A stretch of 63,663 nt of DNA, filler included, from Deltaproteobacteria bacterium (GTDB lineage Bacteria; JAUYMQ01): NCBI GenBank assembly GCA_030698575.1. It is 9 parts of 9 records of this genome, joined end to end, with 100 filler letters (N's around TTAATTAATTAA, not from the genome) between each part and the next. Parts side by side here need not be neighbours in the genome. Positions count along the whole stretch, not along the records: positions 1 to 15,853 come from JAUYMQ010000114.1; 8 more parts are not named here. One strand, given 5' to 3'. The notes under the pieces were generated by a model, which did no database searches, was not told where the DNA came from, and was given only the letters and a program-made list of their open reading frames with translations. A program made the translations under genes and the position numbers. Positions 1-9,222 of the stretch are shown here, piece by piece (positions within the stretch are counted from its first letter, which is position 1; each line of letters opens with the position of its first letter).

Positions 1-1
1 G

Positions 2-1222
2 GGCCCCGACGGAATCTGCGAAGCGGCGGCGGGCGCCGACGAGACGCAGGTGATTCCGGTCGGACAGGGAACCCCCGACTCGATTTGCGTGTCGGCCGGC
101 GCCGACGCCACCCTCGACACCGCCGCGCCATCCGGCGACGACGTCGTCGATGTGCCCAACAACCGGATCACCTCCGGCCCCGACGGTGTCTGCGACACCA
201 CGGCGGACATGAACGACGTGCAAAGCCTCCCCGTGGGGCAGGGGACGCCGAACAGCGTCTGCATCACCGCCGACAACCCCCTCGTCCGCAATCGCAACGT
301 GCGGATCCAGAACCTCGGCATCCGCTCTCCATCGGGTTTTGATGGAATCCATGTCGATCGCAGCGATTTCGTCGAGATCAACGCCATCATCATCGACGGA
401 ACGCTCGGGCCGCCGGGCCTGCCGGCCACGGGGCGGCACGGGGTCTTCGTGGATGCGCGATCCGTGAAGCCGGTGGTCAAGGCGTCGACGGCGCGCTTCC
501 TGAGCGGGTCCGGATTCCTGAACCAGGGCCCGGGCGCGGAGGTGAGCACCTCCCTGGCCGAGTTCAACTTCGGCTTCGGCTTCCTGCAGCAGCTCACCTC
601 GGGGGGGGCGGCGAGCAACGCGCTCTACAATGGCAACACCGCTCTGGCGAACACTTCGGGAGGCTTCGGTACCGGGGGGATCACCAACATATTTCAACGC
701 TGCTTGGCGTTCCAGAACACCGGGCCGGGATTCGTGCTGGGAGGTGTTGGGCACATCCTGTTCCAGGTCAATTCGTCGGGAAACTCGATCGGGGTTGAGG
801 GACGAGGCGTGGGGCTCCGGATCCGGAGTAGCCAGATCTCCAGCAATCTGGATGCCGGAATCCTCTTGCTGATGCAGGGGGACGATACCGCCGTGGGGAG
901 CGAGGTGTACGGCAACACTATCTTCGGCAACCGCAACGTCGGCGTCCGGATCAACGTGCCCGGCGTCGTGATGCGACGCAATCAGATCGGTCCGCGCAAG
1001 CTCAGCCTGCCCGTGCCGCAGGACGTGGGCGTCCTCCTCCAGTCGGGGGCCGAGGGCACCCTTCTGGAGCTGAACAAGCTGCAGAACAACTTCGACACCG
1101 ACGGCAACGTCTGCCCGCCCGCGGGTACCGCCTGCGATCTCGTGAATGGGGGCATGAACAACGCGGGAAGGCTGAACACCTTCAATGACGGCTACGTGCC
1201 GCCGCCGGGATTCGTCGACTGA
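2..1222 (+). CDS. Right-handed parallel beta-helix protein with Cys-containing N-terminal repeats (5'-partial)
   Basis: The frame is open from the contig start. Two GPDGxC...PVGQGTPxSxC repeats precede N/G-rich PbH1-like turns (GNTALANTSGGF, GNTIFGNRNVGV). Confidence 0.7.
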   Translation, partial: GPDGICEAAAGADETQVIPVGQGTPDSICVSAGADATLDTAAPSGDDVVDVPNNRITSGPDGVCDTTADMNDVQSLPVGQGTPNSVCITADNPLVRNRNVRIQNLGIRSPSGFDGIHVDRSDFVEINAIIIDGTLGPPGLPATGRHGVFVDARSVKPVVKASTARFLSGSGFLNQGPGAEVSTSLAEFNFGFGFLQQLTSGGAASNALYNGNTALANTSGGFGTGGITNIFQRCLAFQNTGPGFVLGGVGHILFQVNSSGNSIGVEGRGVGLRIRSSQISSNLDAGILLLMQGDDTAVGSEVYGNTIFGNRNVGVRINVPGVVMRRNQIGPRKLSLPVPQDVGVLLQSGAEGTLLELNKLQNNFDTDGNVCPPAGTACDLVNGGMNNAGRLNTFNDGYVPPPGFVD

Positions 1223-1264
1223 GGCCGGTTTAGGGAGGAACGGATGGCGCCGCGCCGCCTTCGC

Positions 1265-2338
1265 TCAATTCCCGAGAGCGGCCGCCATGCGGATGGTCCC
1301 GCACCAGTAGGCGGCCGAGGCGACGATCTCGAGGATCGCCTCATCGCTGAAACCCGCCGCGCGGATCTCGTCGAATTCGGCATCGGTGAGGCGGTAGGAT
1401 GCGCGGGCCACGCTTCGCGCGAGCTTTTCGGCCCGATCCCACGCCGCGCTGTGGCCCGCCGCCCGATCTCTCCCGGTGCTCGCCGCGCCGAAGCCCGGGA
1501 AGCCCTCCTCATCAGCGACCGCCGATTCGATGAGCGGAACCCAGGCGGGCGCCATCGCCCCGGGCCGCGCGATGACGCCGAGCCAGGACGCTTCGGCTTC
1601 GAGAATCTCCGGGCAGGCCTCGAAGCGGCGGAGGAAGGGAGGCAGCGGCGCTCCGAGCGCGTTCCTGTAATCCGCTTCAAGCAGCGCCAGCGTCTCGGCG
1701 GCGGGGCGCGCCACCACAGGCTTGGGCGTGAAGTCGACACGCGCGCGCGTGAGCCGGCTGGCCATCGCCCGGCCAATGCGCTGTCCAAGCTCGAAGCGCA
1801 TGAGCGGTGCGGGGAGGTCGGGAAGGACCCCGAGGGCGTTGACTACGAGGTTCACCCGGGTGAAGTAGCCGGTTATGGCGACCGCTTCGAGAAACTCACA
1901 CTCACCGCCCACCGAACGGGTTGCCGCGGCAACAAGGGGCGGGGCGACCATCTTCGGCCTCTGGACCACTTCCTCGACGAATTGCCAGAGATCACCGAGC
2001 GGGCTCTGCGCCTCGCCGGACAGCTCCTGCCCGAGGGTTTCGATCTGCGCCTCGGACATGCCAATCGCCTTCAGAAACATGGTGTGCGCCCCGACGCAGT
2101 AGGGGCAGGCGTTCGCGCGCGAGGTTTGCACGGCGACCGTCTCCTTCGTCCGCCGTGGCATCTTGCCCGACTGGATGGTGGCCACGTGCCCCTTCCAGAT
2201 GGCGCGGAGCAGCGGCGGGCTAAGACTGAATGCCTGAAAGACGTTCGGAATGAGCGGGAAGGCGGTCAGGATGAGGCGGTAGAGCTCCTGGATCTCGCCC
2301 TTCGCCTCACGCGGGCCGACGGTTTTGATTCTTGCCAT
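1265..2338 (-). CDS. AhpD/carboxymuconolactone-decarboxylase family peroxidase-related protein, two CMD domains
   Basis: N-terminal domain has SRANACPYCVGAH. The C-terminal CMD-like domain (IRAAGFSDEAILEIV) lacks CxxC. Confidence 0.75.
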   Translation of the reverse strand: MARIKTVGPREAKGEIQELYRLILTAFPLIPNVFQAFSLSPPLLRAIWKGHVATIQSGKMPRRTKETVAVQTSRANACPYCVGAHTMFLKAIGMSEAQIETLGQELSGEAQSPLGDLWQFVEEVVQRPKMVAPPLVAAATRSVGGECEFLEAVAITGYFTRVNLVVNALGVLPDLPAPLMRFELGQRIGRAMASRLTRARVDFTPKPVVARPAAETLALLEADYRNALGAPLPPFLRRFEACPEILEAEASWLGVIARPGAMAPAWVPLIESAVADEEGFPGFGAASTGRDRAAGHSAAWDRAEKLARSVARASYRLTDAEFDEIRAAGFSDEAILEIVASAAYWCGTIRMAAALGN

Positions 2339-2350
2339 GGGCAGGTCTCC

Positions 2351-3487
2351 TCAGAAACGATGCGAGAAACCGGGCGGCGGCTTCTCGCCGCTCGCCCCGT
2401 TTCCCGCGACGTCTCGCAGGCGGTCGAGCGCCCAGCGCGCGTGCCGGCTCACCACCGCGTCGGGATCTTCAGCAAGGCGGGCCAGGGCGCGCTCGAAGCG
2501 CCGTTCGCCGGAGTTTCCCATAGCGATCGCGATATTGCGAAGCCAGCCTGCGCGCTCCGCCCGGCGCATGGCGGTTCCCTGTATGAAGCCTTCGTAGTCA
2601 GACTGAATGCGCTCGAGCAGCGCCCCCAGTTCCGGCGCCTCGGCGCCCGGCCGGGGCTCGAAATCCTCGATGCCGCCTGCGGGCGCGTCGCTGTTCCAGG
2701 GGCAGACGTCCTGGCAAATGTCGCAACCGTAGACGTGCGTTCCCATCCCGGCCCGAAGCGCGGGGTCGATTTCGCCGTGATGTTCGATGGTCAGATAGGC
2801 GATGCAACGCCGCGCGTCGAGCTGGTAGGGCGCCACGATGGCACCGGTCGGGCAGGCATCGATGCAGCGCCGGCAGGTCCCGCAGTGATCCGGTTCCCGC
2901 CGATCGGGAACCAGCGGGGCATCGGTGACAATCTCGCCGAGAAAGAGGAAGCTTCCGGCCCTCCGATCGATGACGCAGGTGTTCTTGCCGATCCAGCCGA
3001 CGCCCGCGTGCGCCGCGGCGACGTGCTCCAGCACGGGGCCCGTATCGACCCGCGTGGCGCATAGCGTGCCCGGGCGCAGCCGCTGAAGCGCGCGGGCGAG
3101 CCTCCTGACCCGCTTCTCCATGACGCGGTGGTAGTCGCGTCCCCAGGCGTAGCGCGAAATCCAGCCGCGTGACCGTTCACGCGGCGCGGTCGAAAGAGGG
3201 CGGGCGGTCTGGTAAGACATGGCCACGCAGAGAACGGATCGTGCCCCGGGCAGGAGCCGCCGTACGTCCATCCTTGTCTCCCGGCTGCGGCCCATCCAGT
3301 CCATCGTGCCGGCCTGTCCTCGCGCAAGCCAGTCGAGTAGCGATGCTGACTCGGGCCAGACCTCCGCGCGCGCGATGCCTGCGCGGGTGAAGCCGAGGGC
3401 GCGCGCTTTTTCCTTGATGAGCGCGGTGAGCGCGGCGTCCTCCCGCGCAGACGCCTTGCCGGGGTTCGATGCGTGTGTCGCCTCCAT
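2351..3487 (-). CDS. queG: Epoxyqueuosine reductase
   Basis: Motifs ISRYAWGRDYH, VDTGPVLE, GWIGKN, CGTCRRCIDACPTGA and YGCDICQDVCPWN. Confidence 0.95.
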   Translation of the reverse strand: MEATHASNPGKASAREDAALTALIKEKARALGFTRAGIARAEVWPESASLLDWLARGQAGTMDWMGRSRETRMDVRRLLPGARSVLCVAMSYQTARPLSTAPRERSRGWISRYAWGRDYHRVMEKRVRRLARALQRLRPGTLCATRVDTGPVLEHVAAAHAGVGWIGKNTCVIDRRAGSFLFLGEIVTDAPLVPDRREPDHCGTCRRCIDACPTGAIVAPYQLDARRCIAYLTIEHHGEIDPALRAGMGTHVYGCDICQDVCPWNSDAPAGGIEDFEPRPGAEAPELGALLERIQSDYEGFIQGTAMRRAERAGWLRNIAIAMGNSGERRFERALARLAEDPDAVVSRHARWALDRLRDVAGNGASGEKPPPGFSHRF

Positions 3488-3554
3488 GCCACCACGTTAC
3501 CTCATGGCCAGTCGCGCCCGCCAGGGCGGCCGGGAAAGAAGCGTGCACGCAGGG

Positions 3555-3626
3555 GATTGCTTCGTCGCTGTCGCTCCTCGCAATGACATGCGAGGAGTGG
3601 TGCAATGACATGCGAGGAGTAGTGCA
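3555..3626. repeat. REP-like palindromic element half (GATTGCTTCGTCGCT..CTCCTCGCAATGAC) plus a 22-bp tandem duplication
   Basis: gcaatgacatgcgaggagtRgt occurs at 3580-3601 and 3602-3623. ctcctcgcaatgacatgcgag recurs at 23250-23270. Confidence 0.65.
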
Positions 3627-3632
3627 GCCTAC

Positions 3633-3662
3633 TTGACAGTTTTCACGCGCTTCTCCTAACGT
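3633..3662 (+). promoter_or_regulatory. sigma70-type promoter, probably giving a leaderless mRNA
   Basis: TTGACA-18nt-TAACGT with the ATG (3669) 6 nt downstream and no SD. Confidence 0.5.
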
Positions 3663-3668
3663 GGATTG

Positions 3669-5294
3669 ATGTCCCCGAGCAGCGAGTCCTCCAGCGCCGG
3701 TCCCGCCGGCCTCCTCCCGGAAGCGGCCGACGTGGTCGTCGTCGGGGCCGGTGTCGCCGGGCTCTTCGCGGCCCATTTCCTGGCCCGCGCGGGGCTGCGG
3801 CCGCTCGTTCTCGAGCAGAGCTACCACGCCGGCGGCTGTCTGAACGGCTTCACCCGCAAGGGATTCACATTCGACGCCGGCGACCAGTCTTTCGAGGAAC
3901 TGGGCATCGTCTTCCCCCTGCTCGCCGATCTCGATCTCCTCGACCGCTTCCAGTTTCGCCGATCGAACTACCGACTCGTCGCGCCCGGGATGGACGCGGT
4001 GATCGATTCCATCGACACGCTGGAGCGGGCCTTTCTCGGCGCCTTTCCGCGGGACCCCACGGGCGTCCGGTCGCTCTTCCGGGCGCTCCGTGAGGCCGAA
4101 GCGCTCCTGATCCCGCTTCTTGGCGCGTCCGGGCCGCTCTACCGCAGCGGTGCGAGGCGCGGCGCTGCGCTGGCCCGGGCGGGGCTGCACGTAGCCCGCC
4201 ACGGCGGGCGCCTGCGCGAAATGATGAACACGGGCGCGCGCGAGCTGGCCTCCGCGCACATCGAGGATCGGGAGCTGCGGAGCTTCGTCTCGCGCATCGG
4301 CTACAAGAACATGTCCTGGGCTGTGCTCGCCGGTTTCCTTCATTGCTGGGTGCATGACTACTGGTATCCGCAGGGGGGGCTCCAGGCTTTCTGCGACGGC
4401 CTGGTCGACGCGCTCCGGGAGCGGGGCGGCGAGGTTTGCTTCAAGACGCCGGTTGCTCGCGTCCTCGTCGCCGACGGGCGTGTCGAGGGCGTGGAGACGG
4501 CGCGGGGCGAGCGCATCGCCACGAGGCGGGTTGTCGCCTGCGGCGACATGAAGCGCCTTTACGGTGATCTGCTTCCGCCCGAGGCGCTGCCTGCGGCCGC
4601 GCGGGAGGAGGTCGCCCGGGGGGATCTTTCCGAGGCGCTCACGAGCGTTTACCTGGGCGTCGACGCCTCACCGGAACAGCTCTCCCCCATCCTCAAGACG
4701 CAGCACGTCTTCTACTTTCCGGAGTTGCGCATTCACGACCCAGAGGAGACGGCCGACGCCGGCCTTCACCGGGGCGCGTGGCTCGAAGTGAGCTGCCCGA
4801 CGCTTGCCGATCCATCTCTCGCGCCGCCGGGCAAGAGCGTCATCGTCCTGCAGACCATGGCCCCGGCCGCCTGGCTCGGCCGCTGGGGGCGCGAGGGGCG
4901 GGCCACGAAGGAGGTTTACCGCGCGATGAAGGACCGGGTGGCTGAGGAGATGATCGCCACGGCCGAGGGGCTTGTCCCCGATCTTTCCGGAAAGATTCTT
5001 TTCCGTGACGTGGGCACGCCGCTTTCGGCCGAGCGCTTCACCTTCAACGCCGCCGGCGCCACCGGCGGCTGGACCTTCGACCCCAATCGCAGCCTTCTGC
5101 GCGATCGCTACACACTGATCACCACGCCGATCGAGGGGCTGCAGACCGCCGGCCACTACGCGCTCTGGCCCGGCGGGGTGCCCTCCGCGGCGCTGTCCGC
5201 CCGCATCGCCGCGCTGCTCGCGTCGCGCCCGGCCCTGGCTGCCGTGGCGCGCCTGGCTGAGCGCGGAGCGGCGCGCATCGCGAAGCGGCGATGA
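3669..5294 (+). CDS. Phytoene desaturase-like FAD-dependent oxidoreductase (CrtI/RetSat family)
   Basis: VVVGAGVAGL Rossmann motif, GGCLNGFTRKGFTFDAG, YPQGG, GTPLSAERFT and PGGGVP. Confidence 0.85.
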   Translation: MSPSSESSSAGPAGLLPEAADVVVVGAGVAGLFAAHFLARAGLRPLVLEQSYHAGGCLNGFTRKGFTFDAGDQSFEELGIVFPLLADLDLLDRFQFRRSNYRLVAPGMDAVIDSIDTLERAFLGAFPRDPTGVRSLFRALREAEALLIPLLGASGPLYRSGARRGAALARAGLHVARHGGRLREMMNTGARELASAHIEDRELRSFVSRIGYKNMSWAVLAGFLHCWVHDYWYPQGGLQAFCDGLVDALRERGGEVCFKTPVARVLVADGRVEGVETARGERIATRRVVACGDMKRLYGDLLPPEALPAAAREEVARGDLSEALTSVYLGVDASPEQLSPILKTQHVFYFPELRIHDPEETADAGLHRGAWLEVSCPTLADPSLAPPGKSVIVLQTMAPAAWLGRWGREGRATKEVYRAMKDRVAEEMIATAEGLVPDLSGKILFRDVGTPLSAERFTFNAAGATGGWTFDPNRSLLRDRYTLITTPIEGLQTAGHYALWPGGVPSAALSARIAALLASRPALAAVARLAERGAARIAKRR

Positions 5295-6220
5295 AAACCA
5301 TCGAGAAAACCCTCGACCGGGAAGCGACGCTCCACGCCCGGGCCGTCACGCGATTCCACGGCAAAACCTTCTATTTCGCCTCGCTCTTCCTGCCCGGGGA
5401 GATCCGTCACGCCATCTGGGCGCTCTACGCCTACACCCGGCGCCTCGACGATCTGGTGGATGAGAGCCCCGTGCCCGAGGTTGCAAGCGTTCAGCTCCGG
5501 CGGATCGACCGCTCGCTTTCCGCTCGCCTGGCCCGTCCCGGATCGAACCTTACCTACCTGGCGCTCACGCGCGCTGTCTCGCGCTTCGGCGTGCCTCACT
5601 TCTACTTCCACTCGCTTGCGGCGGGCCTCCGGATGGATCTCGAGCATGCGCCCTACGAGCGGTGGCGGGATCTCTATCGCTACTGCTGGCGCGTGGCGAG
5701 CGTCGTGGGCTTGATGGTCGCGCGAACCTTCGGGCGTTCCGATCCGGCCACCTTCCGGCGCGTAGTGGATTGCGGGATTGCGATGCAGCTCACGAACATC
5801 CTGCGTGACGTGGGCGAGGATCTCGAACGCGGCCGGATCTATCTGCCGAGGGAGGACATGGCGCGTTTCGGCGTCACGCCGGACATGCTCGCGAAACGGG
5901 AAGTGACCGAGCCGGTGAGAAAGCTCCTTGCCTTCGAGATCGCGCGAGCCAGGCGATACTACGAATCGGGGGCAGTGGTGCTCGGGCACGTGCGGGGGCG
6001 GGTGCGCGTGACCGCCACGCTCGCCCTCAGGCTCTACGCCCGGATTCTCGACAAGATCGAGGAGAACGGTTACGATGTTTTCACCCGCCGGGCTAGCGTC
6101 TCTCTTTCGGGAAAGCTGCTCGCCGCGCCACGCGTGCTCCTAGTTGCGTGGCTTCCGGCGGGCGGATCACAACCGGCCGTGCCACCCGTCAACATCGATT
6201 CCGGGCAGACCCATGAGTGA
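5291..6220 (+). CDS. Phytoene/squalene synthase family protein (CrtB/HpnD-like)
   Basis: KTFYFASLFLP, RRLDDLVDE, YCWRVASVVG and QLTNILRDVGEDLERGRIYLP. 4-nt overlap with the upstream gene. Confidence 0.92.
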   Translation: MKTIEKTLDREATLHARAVTRFHGKTFYFASLFLPGEIRHAIWALYAYTRRLDDLVDESPVPEVASVQLRRIDRSLSARLARPGSNLTYLALTRAVSRFGVPHFYFHSLAAGLRMDLEHAPYERWRDLYRYCWRVASVVGLMVARTFGRSDPATFRRVVDCGIAMQLTNILRDVGEDLERGRIYLPREDMARFGVTPDMLAKREVTEPVRKLLAFEIARARRYYESGAVVLGHVRGRVRVTATLALRLYARILDKIEENGYDVFTRRASVSLSGKLLAAPRVLLVAWLPAGGSQPAVPPVNIDSGQTHE

Positions 6221-6875
6221 TCGAGTTCCATCCGTTACGGGTGATCTCCCCAAGTTCGCCCTTCGCATCGTGCCCCGTAGCGAGATCACCCGGGTTCATC
6301 TCGTCAGGCACGGCGTGGTGAGCGACGAGTGGCGCGACCGGGTCTACGGACAACTCGACGCGCCCCTGTCGGAGAAGGGCCTGGCGCAGGCAGAGGCGCT
6401 CTCGGCGCGGATGGCGTCAACGCCCCTAGACTTCATCTACGCGAGCGATCTCTGCCGCGCCCTCGACACGGCGCGCGCGATCGCCCGGCCGCATGCGCTC
6501 GAGGTCAGCGCCGTGCCGGCCTTCCGCGAAGCTTCCTATGGCCACTGGCAGGGGCGGCGCTGGATGGACATTCTTTCCGAGGACGCCGACGAGGTTCGCG
6601 CCATCTATGCCGACTTCGGCGGCGCCAGGATGAAGGATGGCGAAAGCCTTGCGGAACTCGGCCAGCGCGTGATGCCCGCTTTCCGGGAGATCGTGGAACG
6701 ACATCGCGGGGAAAGTGTAGCTATTGCGAGCCATGGCGGGGTCATCCGCGTGATCCTGGCGGATGCGCTCCGGATGGAGCTGGCGGCAACCGCGCGCATC
6801 GAGCAGTTCAACTGCTCTCTGAACGTGCTCGATTACGGGCCCGAGGGTGTGCGCGTCCGGCTGGTGAATGGATAG
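6213..6875 (+). CDS. Histidine phosphatase family protein (PGM/CobC-like)
   Basis: LVRHG, ASDLCRA, GESL and SHGGVIR motifs. Confidence 0.9.
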   Translation: MSDRVPSVTGDLPKFALRIVPRSEITRVHLVRHGVVSDEWRDRVYGQLDAPLSEKGLAQAEALSARMASTPLDFIYASDLCRALDTARAIARPHALEVSAVPAFREASYGHWQGRRWMDILSEDADEVRAIYADFGGARMKDGESLAELGQRVMPAFREIVERHRGESVAIASHGGVIRVILADALRMELAATARIEQFNCSLNVLDYGPEGVRVRLVNG

Positions 6876-6899
6876 GAAAACAACAGCACGGGATGATTA

Positions 6900-7586
6900 T
6901 CAGAGGGGCGATAGAACGGGAGGACCCAGATCGTCGACGCCCAGGGCGGCGCGCATGGCTTGCTCGAGGAGAATGAGCCGGTCATTGCCGAAGTACATGT
7001 CCTCGCCGAGGAAGAACGTGGGCGATCCGAAAACGCCGAGGTCCATCGCCTCCTGCGTGAGGGCGCGAAGCTTCTCCTTGGTCTCGGCGCAGCCGGTCCA
7101 TTCGCTGAAGGCCGCCCCATCGAGCCCCGTCTCTTCGGCGATCCCCCGCAGCACCCCGTCATCGGCGATGTCCCTGTCCTCGGCCCAGTAAGCGCGAAAA
7201 ACGCGGTGCGAGTAAGGCGATACGACTCCCTGATCGATGGCCATGAGCGCTCCTCTCAGCGCCTTCACGGAGTTCACCGGAAAGATCGACGGGAAGCGAA
7301 AAGGCACGCCGTAGTAACGCGCCCAGTCCGTCATGTCCTTTGCCCCGTAGCGGGCCTTGGCCGGCGTGGCCCTTGCCTCGTAGACGCTCTGGTTGATCGC
7401 GTTGAAGATCCCGCCTACGAGGATCGGCTTCCAGAGAATCCCGTAACCGTTCCGCTCGGAGAGGCTCTCGATTCGCGTGGAGGCGAGATAGGTGTAGGGG
7501 CTCGAATAGTCGTAGTACCAGGTGATCCGGTGGGCCTCCCGATCGCTGCCGCGGGCCGGTTTCGGGCGTGCATCTTCAGCGGGCAT
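6900..7586 (-). CDS. 2-hydroxychromene-2-carboxylate isomerase / GST-kappa (DsbA family)
   Basis: YYDYSSPYTYLA and GVFGSPTFFLGEDMYFGNDRL. Confidence 0.88.
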   Translation of the reverse strand: MPAEDARPKPARGSDREAHRITWYYDYSSPYTYLASTRIESLSERNGYGILWKPILVGGIFNAINQSVYEARATPAKARYGAKDMTDWARYYGVPFRFPSIFPVNSVKALRGALMAIDQGVVSPYSHRVFRAYWAEDRDIADDGVLRGIAEETGLDGAAFSEWTGCAETKEKLRALTQEAMDLGVFGSPTFFLGEDMYFGNDRLILLEQAMRAALGVDDLGPPVLSPL

Positions 7587-7688
7587 GGGGCCTCCTCGGG
7601 GGCCGGTTCGGGACGCCGGACGGCTCGCCTGTCCGGCCGCGCCCATCGAGCATAACCGAGGCGGCGGTGCGGCGTCGAGGGGGGTTCC

Positions 7689-7718
7689 TTGACACCTCGA
7701 AAAACGCTCCGATACAGT
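7689..7718 (+). promoter_or_regulatory. sigma70-type promoter, probably giving a leaderless mRNA
   Basis: TTGACA-18nt-TACAGT with the ATG (7726) 7 nt downstream. Confidence 0.5.
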
Positions 7719-7725
7719 CACCCCC

Positions 7726-8385
7726 ATGAAGACGCCGACCGCCAGGCGCAAGCCATCTGCCATGCGCAAGCCATCTGCCATGCGCAAGTCGTTTGCGCAG
7801 CACGAGCCGTATGAAGGAGGCGCGACGCCCCGGGAATCGGGCACGGAAATCCTGTCCGACGGCGTCCTCCTCATTCTCAAGTTCGTTGAGTCCCACCTGA
7901 GCGGGACCGAGCTCGGGCTTCTGAAGGAGCTGAAGCCCGGCGAGTACATTCCGCTCGAGACGCTCCAGCCGTTTTGGGAATTGCTCACAAAAAGGAGTCC
8001 GGACGAGGTGCGGGTGGCGATCAAGGGGATGGTCTATCGCAACAAGCGGATCCTGGCGGAAACAGGCGCAAGATCCCCCGCGGATGCGCTGCGGTTCTCG
8101 AACGTTCTCTACCAGACATTCAATCGCGGTCCCCGCCTCGGCGGCCGGGAAGTCGTGGCCGAGGGGGATAACAAAATCATCGTCGACGATTCGACCTGGC
8201 CCGGGTGCGGCACCTCCGAGTGGTTCATCGAGGCCTATGTCCGCGCCTTCGGGGCCCGGGCGGTCCGGATCGAACATCTCAAGCCCTGCCGGCTCCGGGG
8301 TGAGCGGCAGTGCCGGTACCGGGTCCGCTGGGCAGGCGTCAGGCAGGCCCGGGATCAAGAAGGCCCGGCATCACCCAGACCCTGA
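7726..8385 (+). CDS. Hypothetical V4R/H-NOX-like small-ligand-binding protein
   Basis: C-terminal V4R-like VRIEHLKPCRLRGERQCRYRVRW. Confidence 0.6.
   Translation: MKTPTARRKPSAMRKPSAMRKSFAQHEPYEGGATPRESGTEILSDGVLLILKFVESHLSGTELGLLKELKPGEYIPLETLQPFWELLTKRSPDEVRVAIKGMVYRNKRILAETGARSPADALRFSNVLYQTFNRGPRLGGREVVAEGDNKIIVDDSTWPGCGTSEWFIEAYVRAFGARAVRIEHLKPCRLRGERQCRYRVRWAGVRQARDQEGPASPRP
7746..7788 (+). repeat. 18-bp in-frame tandem repeat (~2.4 copies, RKPSAM)
   Basis: gcgcaagccatctgccat twice, then gcgcaag. Confidence 0.9.
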
Positions 8386-8410
8386 TGAATCGCGACCCCG
8401 TGGAGGACCG

Positions 8411-9169
8411 ATGACGAATTCCCTGCCGCTCGAGGAGAAGGTGGCCCTCATCACCGGTTCATCCCGGGGAATCGGCCGCGCCATGGCCCTCAAGTTCGCA
8501 AGCTGGGGGGCGCACGTGGTGATCAACTATCAGCAGGACGAGCGCTCGGCGCAGGAGGTGGCCGACCAGGTCACGGCGATGGGGCGGAGGGCAATCCTTT
8601 GCAAGGCGAGCGTTCGCGAGGTGAAGGCGCTCGAGCGGCTTTTTGACGAGGTGAAGGCCCAGTTCGGCGCCCTCGACATCTTCGTGTCAAACGCCGCGAC
8701 GGGAGCGCTTCAACCGGCGGTCGAGCTGTCGAAGGAGGCCTGGAAGCTCACGCTCGAGACGAACGCCCGGGCCTTTTTCCTGGGAGCAAAGCTTGCGCAG
8801 CCGCTCATGACGCGCGGTGGCACAATCGTGGCCCTCTCGAGCCTCGGCTCGCACCGATACATCCCGGGCTACACCGTGGTTGGCGCCTCGAAAGCCGCGC
8901 TCGAGAGCCTGGTGCGGAGTTTTGCCGTGGAGTTCGCCCCTTTCGGCATCCGCGTGAACTGCGTTTCGGGCGGGCTTGTGGATACGGACGCATTGAGCCA
9001 CTTCCCCGCAGCCGAGCAGATGATCAAGACGGTCAAGGAGCGCACTCCGCTCGGCAGAATCGGGCATCCCGAGGATCTCGCCGACGTGGTGAGCCTGCTC
9101 TGCACAGACGAGGCGCGCTGGGTGACCGGCCAGGTTCTCATTGCGGATGGAGGCTACTCGCTCCTGTAG
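8411..9169 (+). CDS. fabL: Enoyl-ACP reductase, FabL-type SDR
   Basis: TGSSRGIG, SNAATGALQP, SSLGSHRYIPGYTVVGASKAALE and DTDALSHFP, matching Bacillus FabL as recalled. GGAGG RBS. Confidence 0.8.
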   Translation: MTNSLPLEEKVALITGSSRGIGRAMALKFASWGAHVVINYQQDERSAQEVADQVTAMGRRAILCKASVREVKALERLFDEVKAQFGALDIFVSNAATGALQPAVELSKEAWKLTLETNARAFFLGAKLAQPLMTRGGTIVALSSLGSHRYIPGYTVVGASKAALESLVRSFAVEFAPFGIRVNCVSGGLVDTDALSHFPAAEQMIKTVKERTPLGRIGHPEDLADVVSLLCTDEARWVTGQVLIADGGYSLL

Positions 9170-9222
9170 GCGCGACTGAAATCACCGGGCGGGCGCGGCC
9201 CGCCATTTTGTTTGGGGGAGTC

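Noticed and set aside
1244-3064. 606-aa + strand ORF and similar long ORFs (e.g. 52324-54255, 55211-56692, 58864-60822, 41055-42383)
   Set aside because: Antisense or off-frame shadows of well-supported genes in high-GC DNA, with no motifs.
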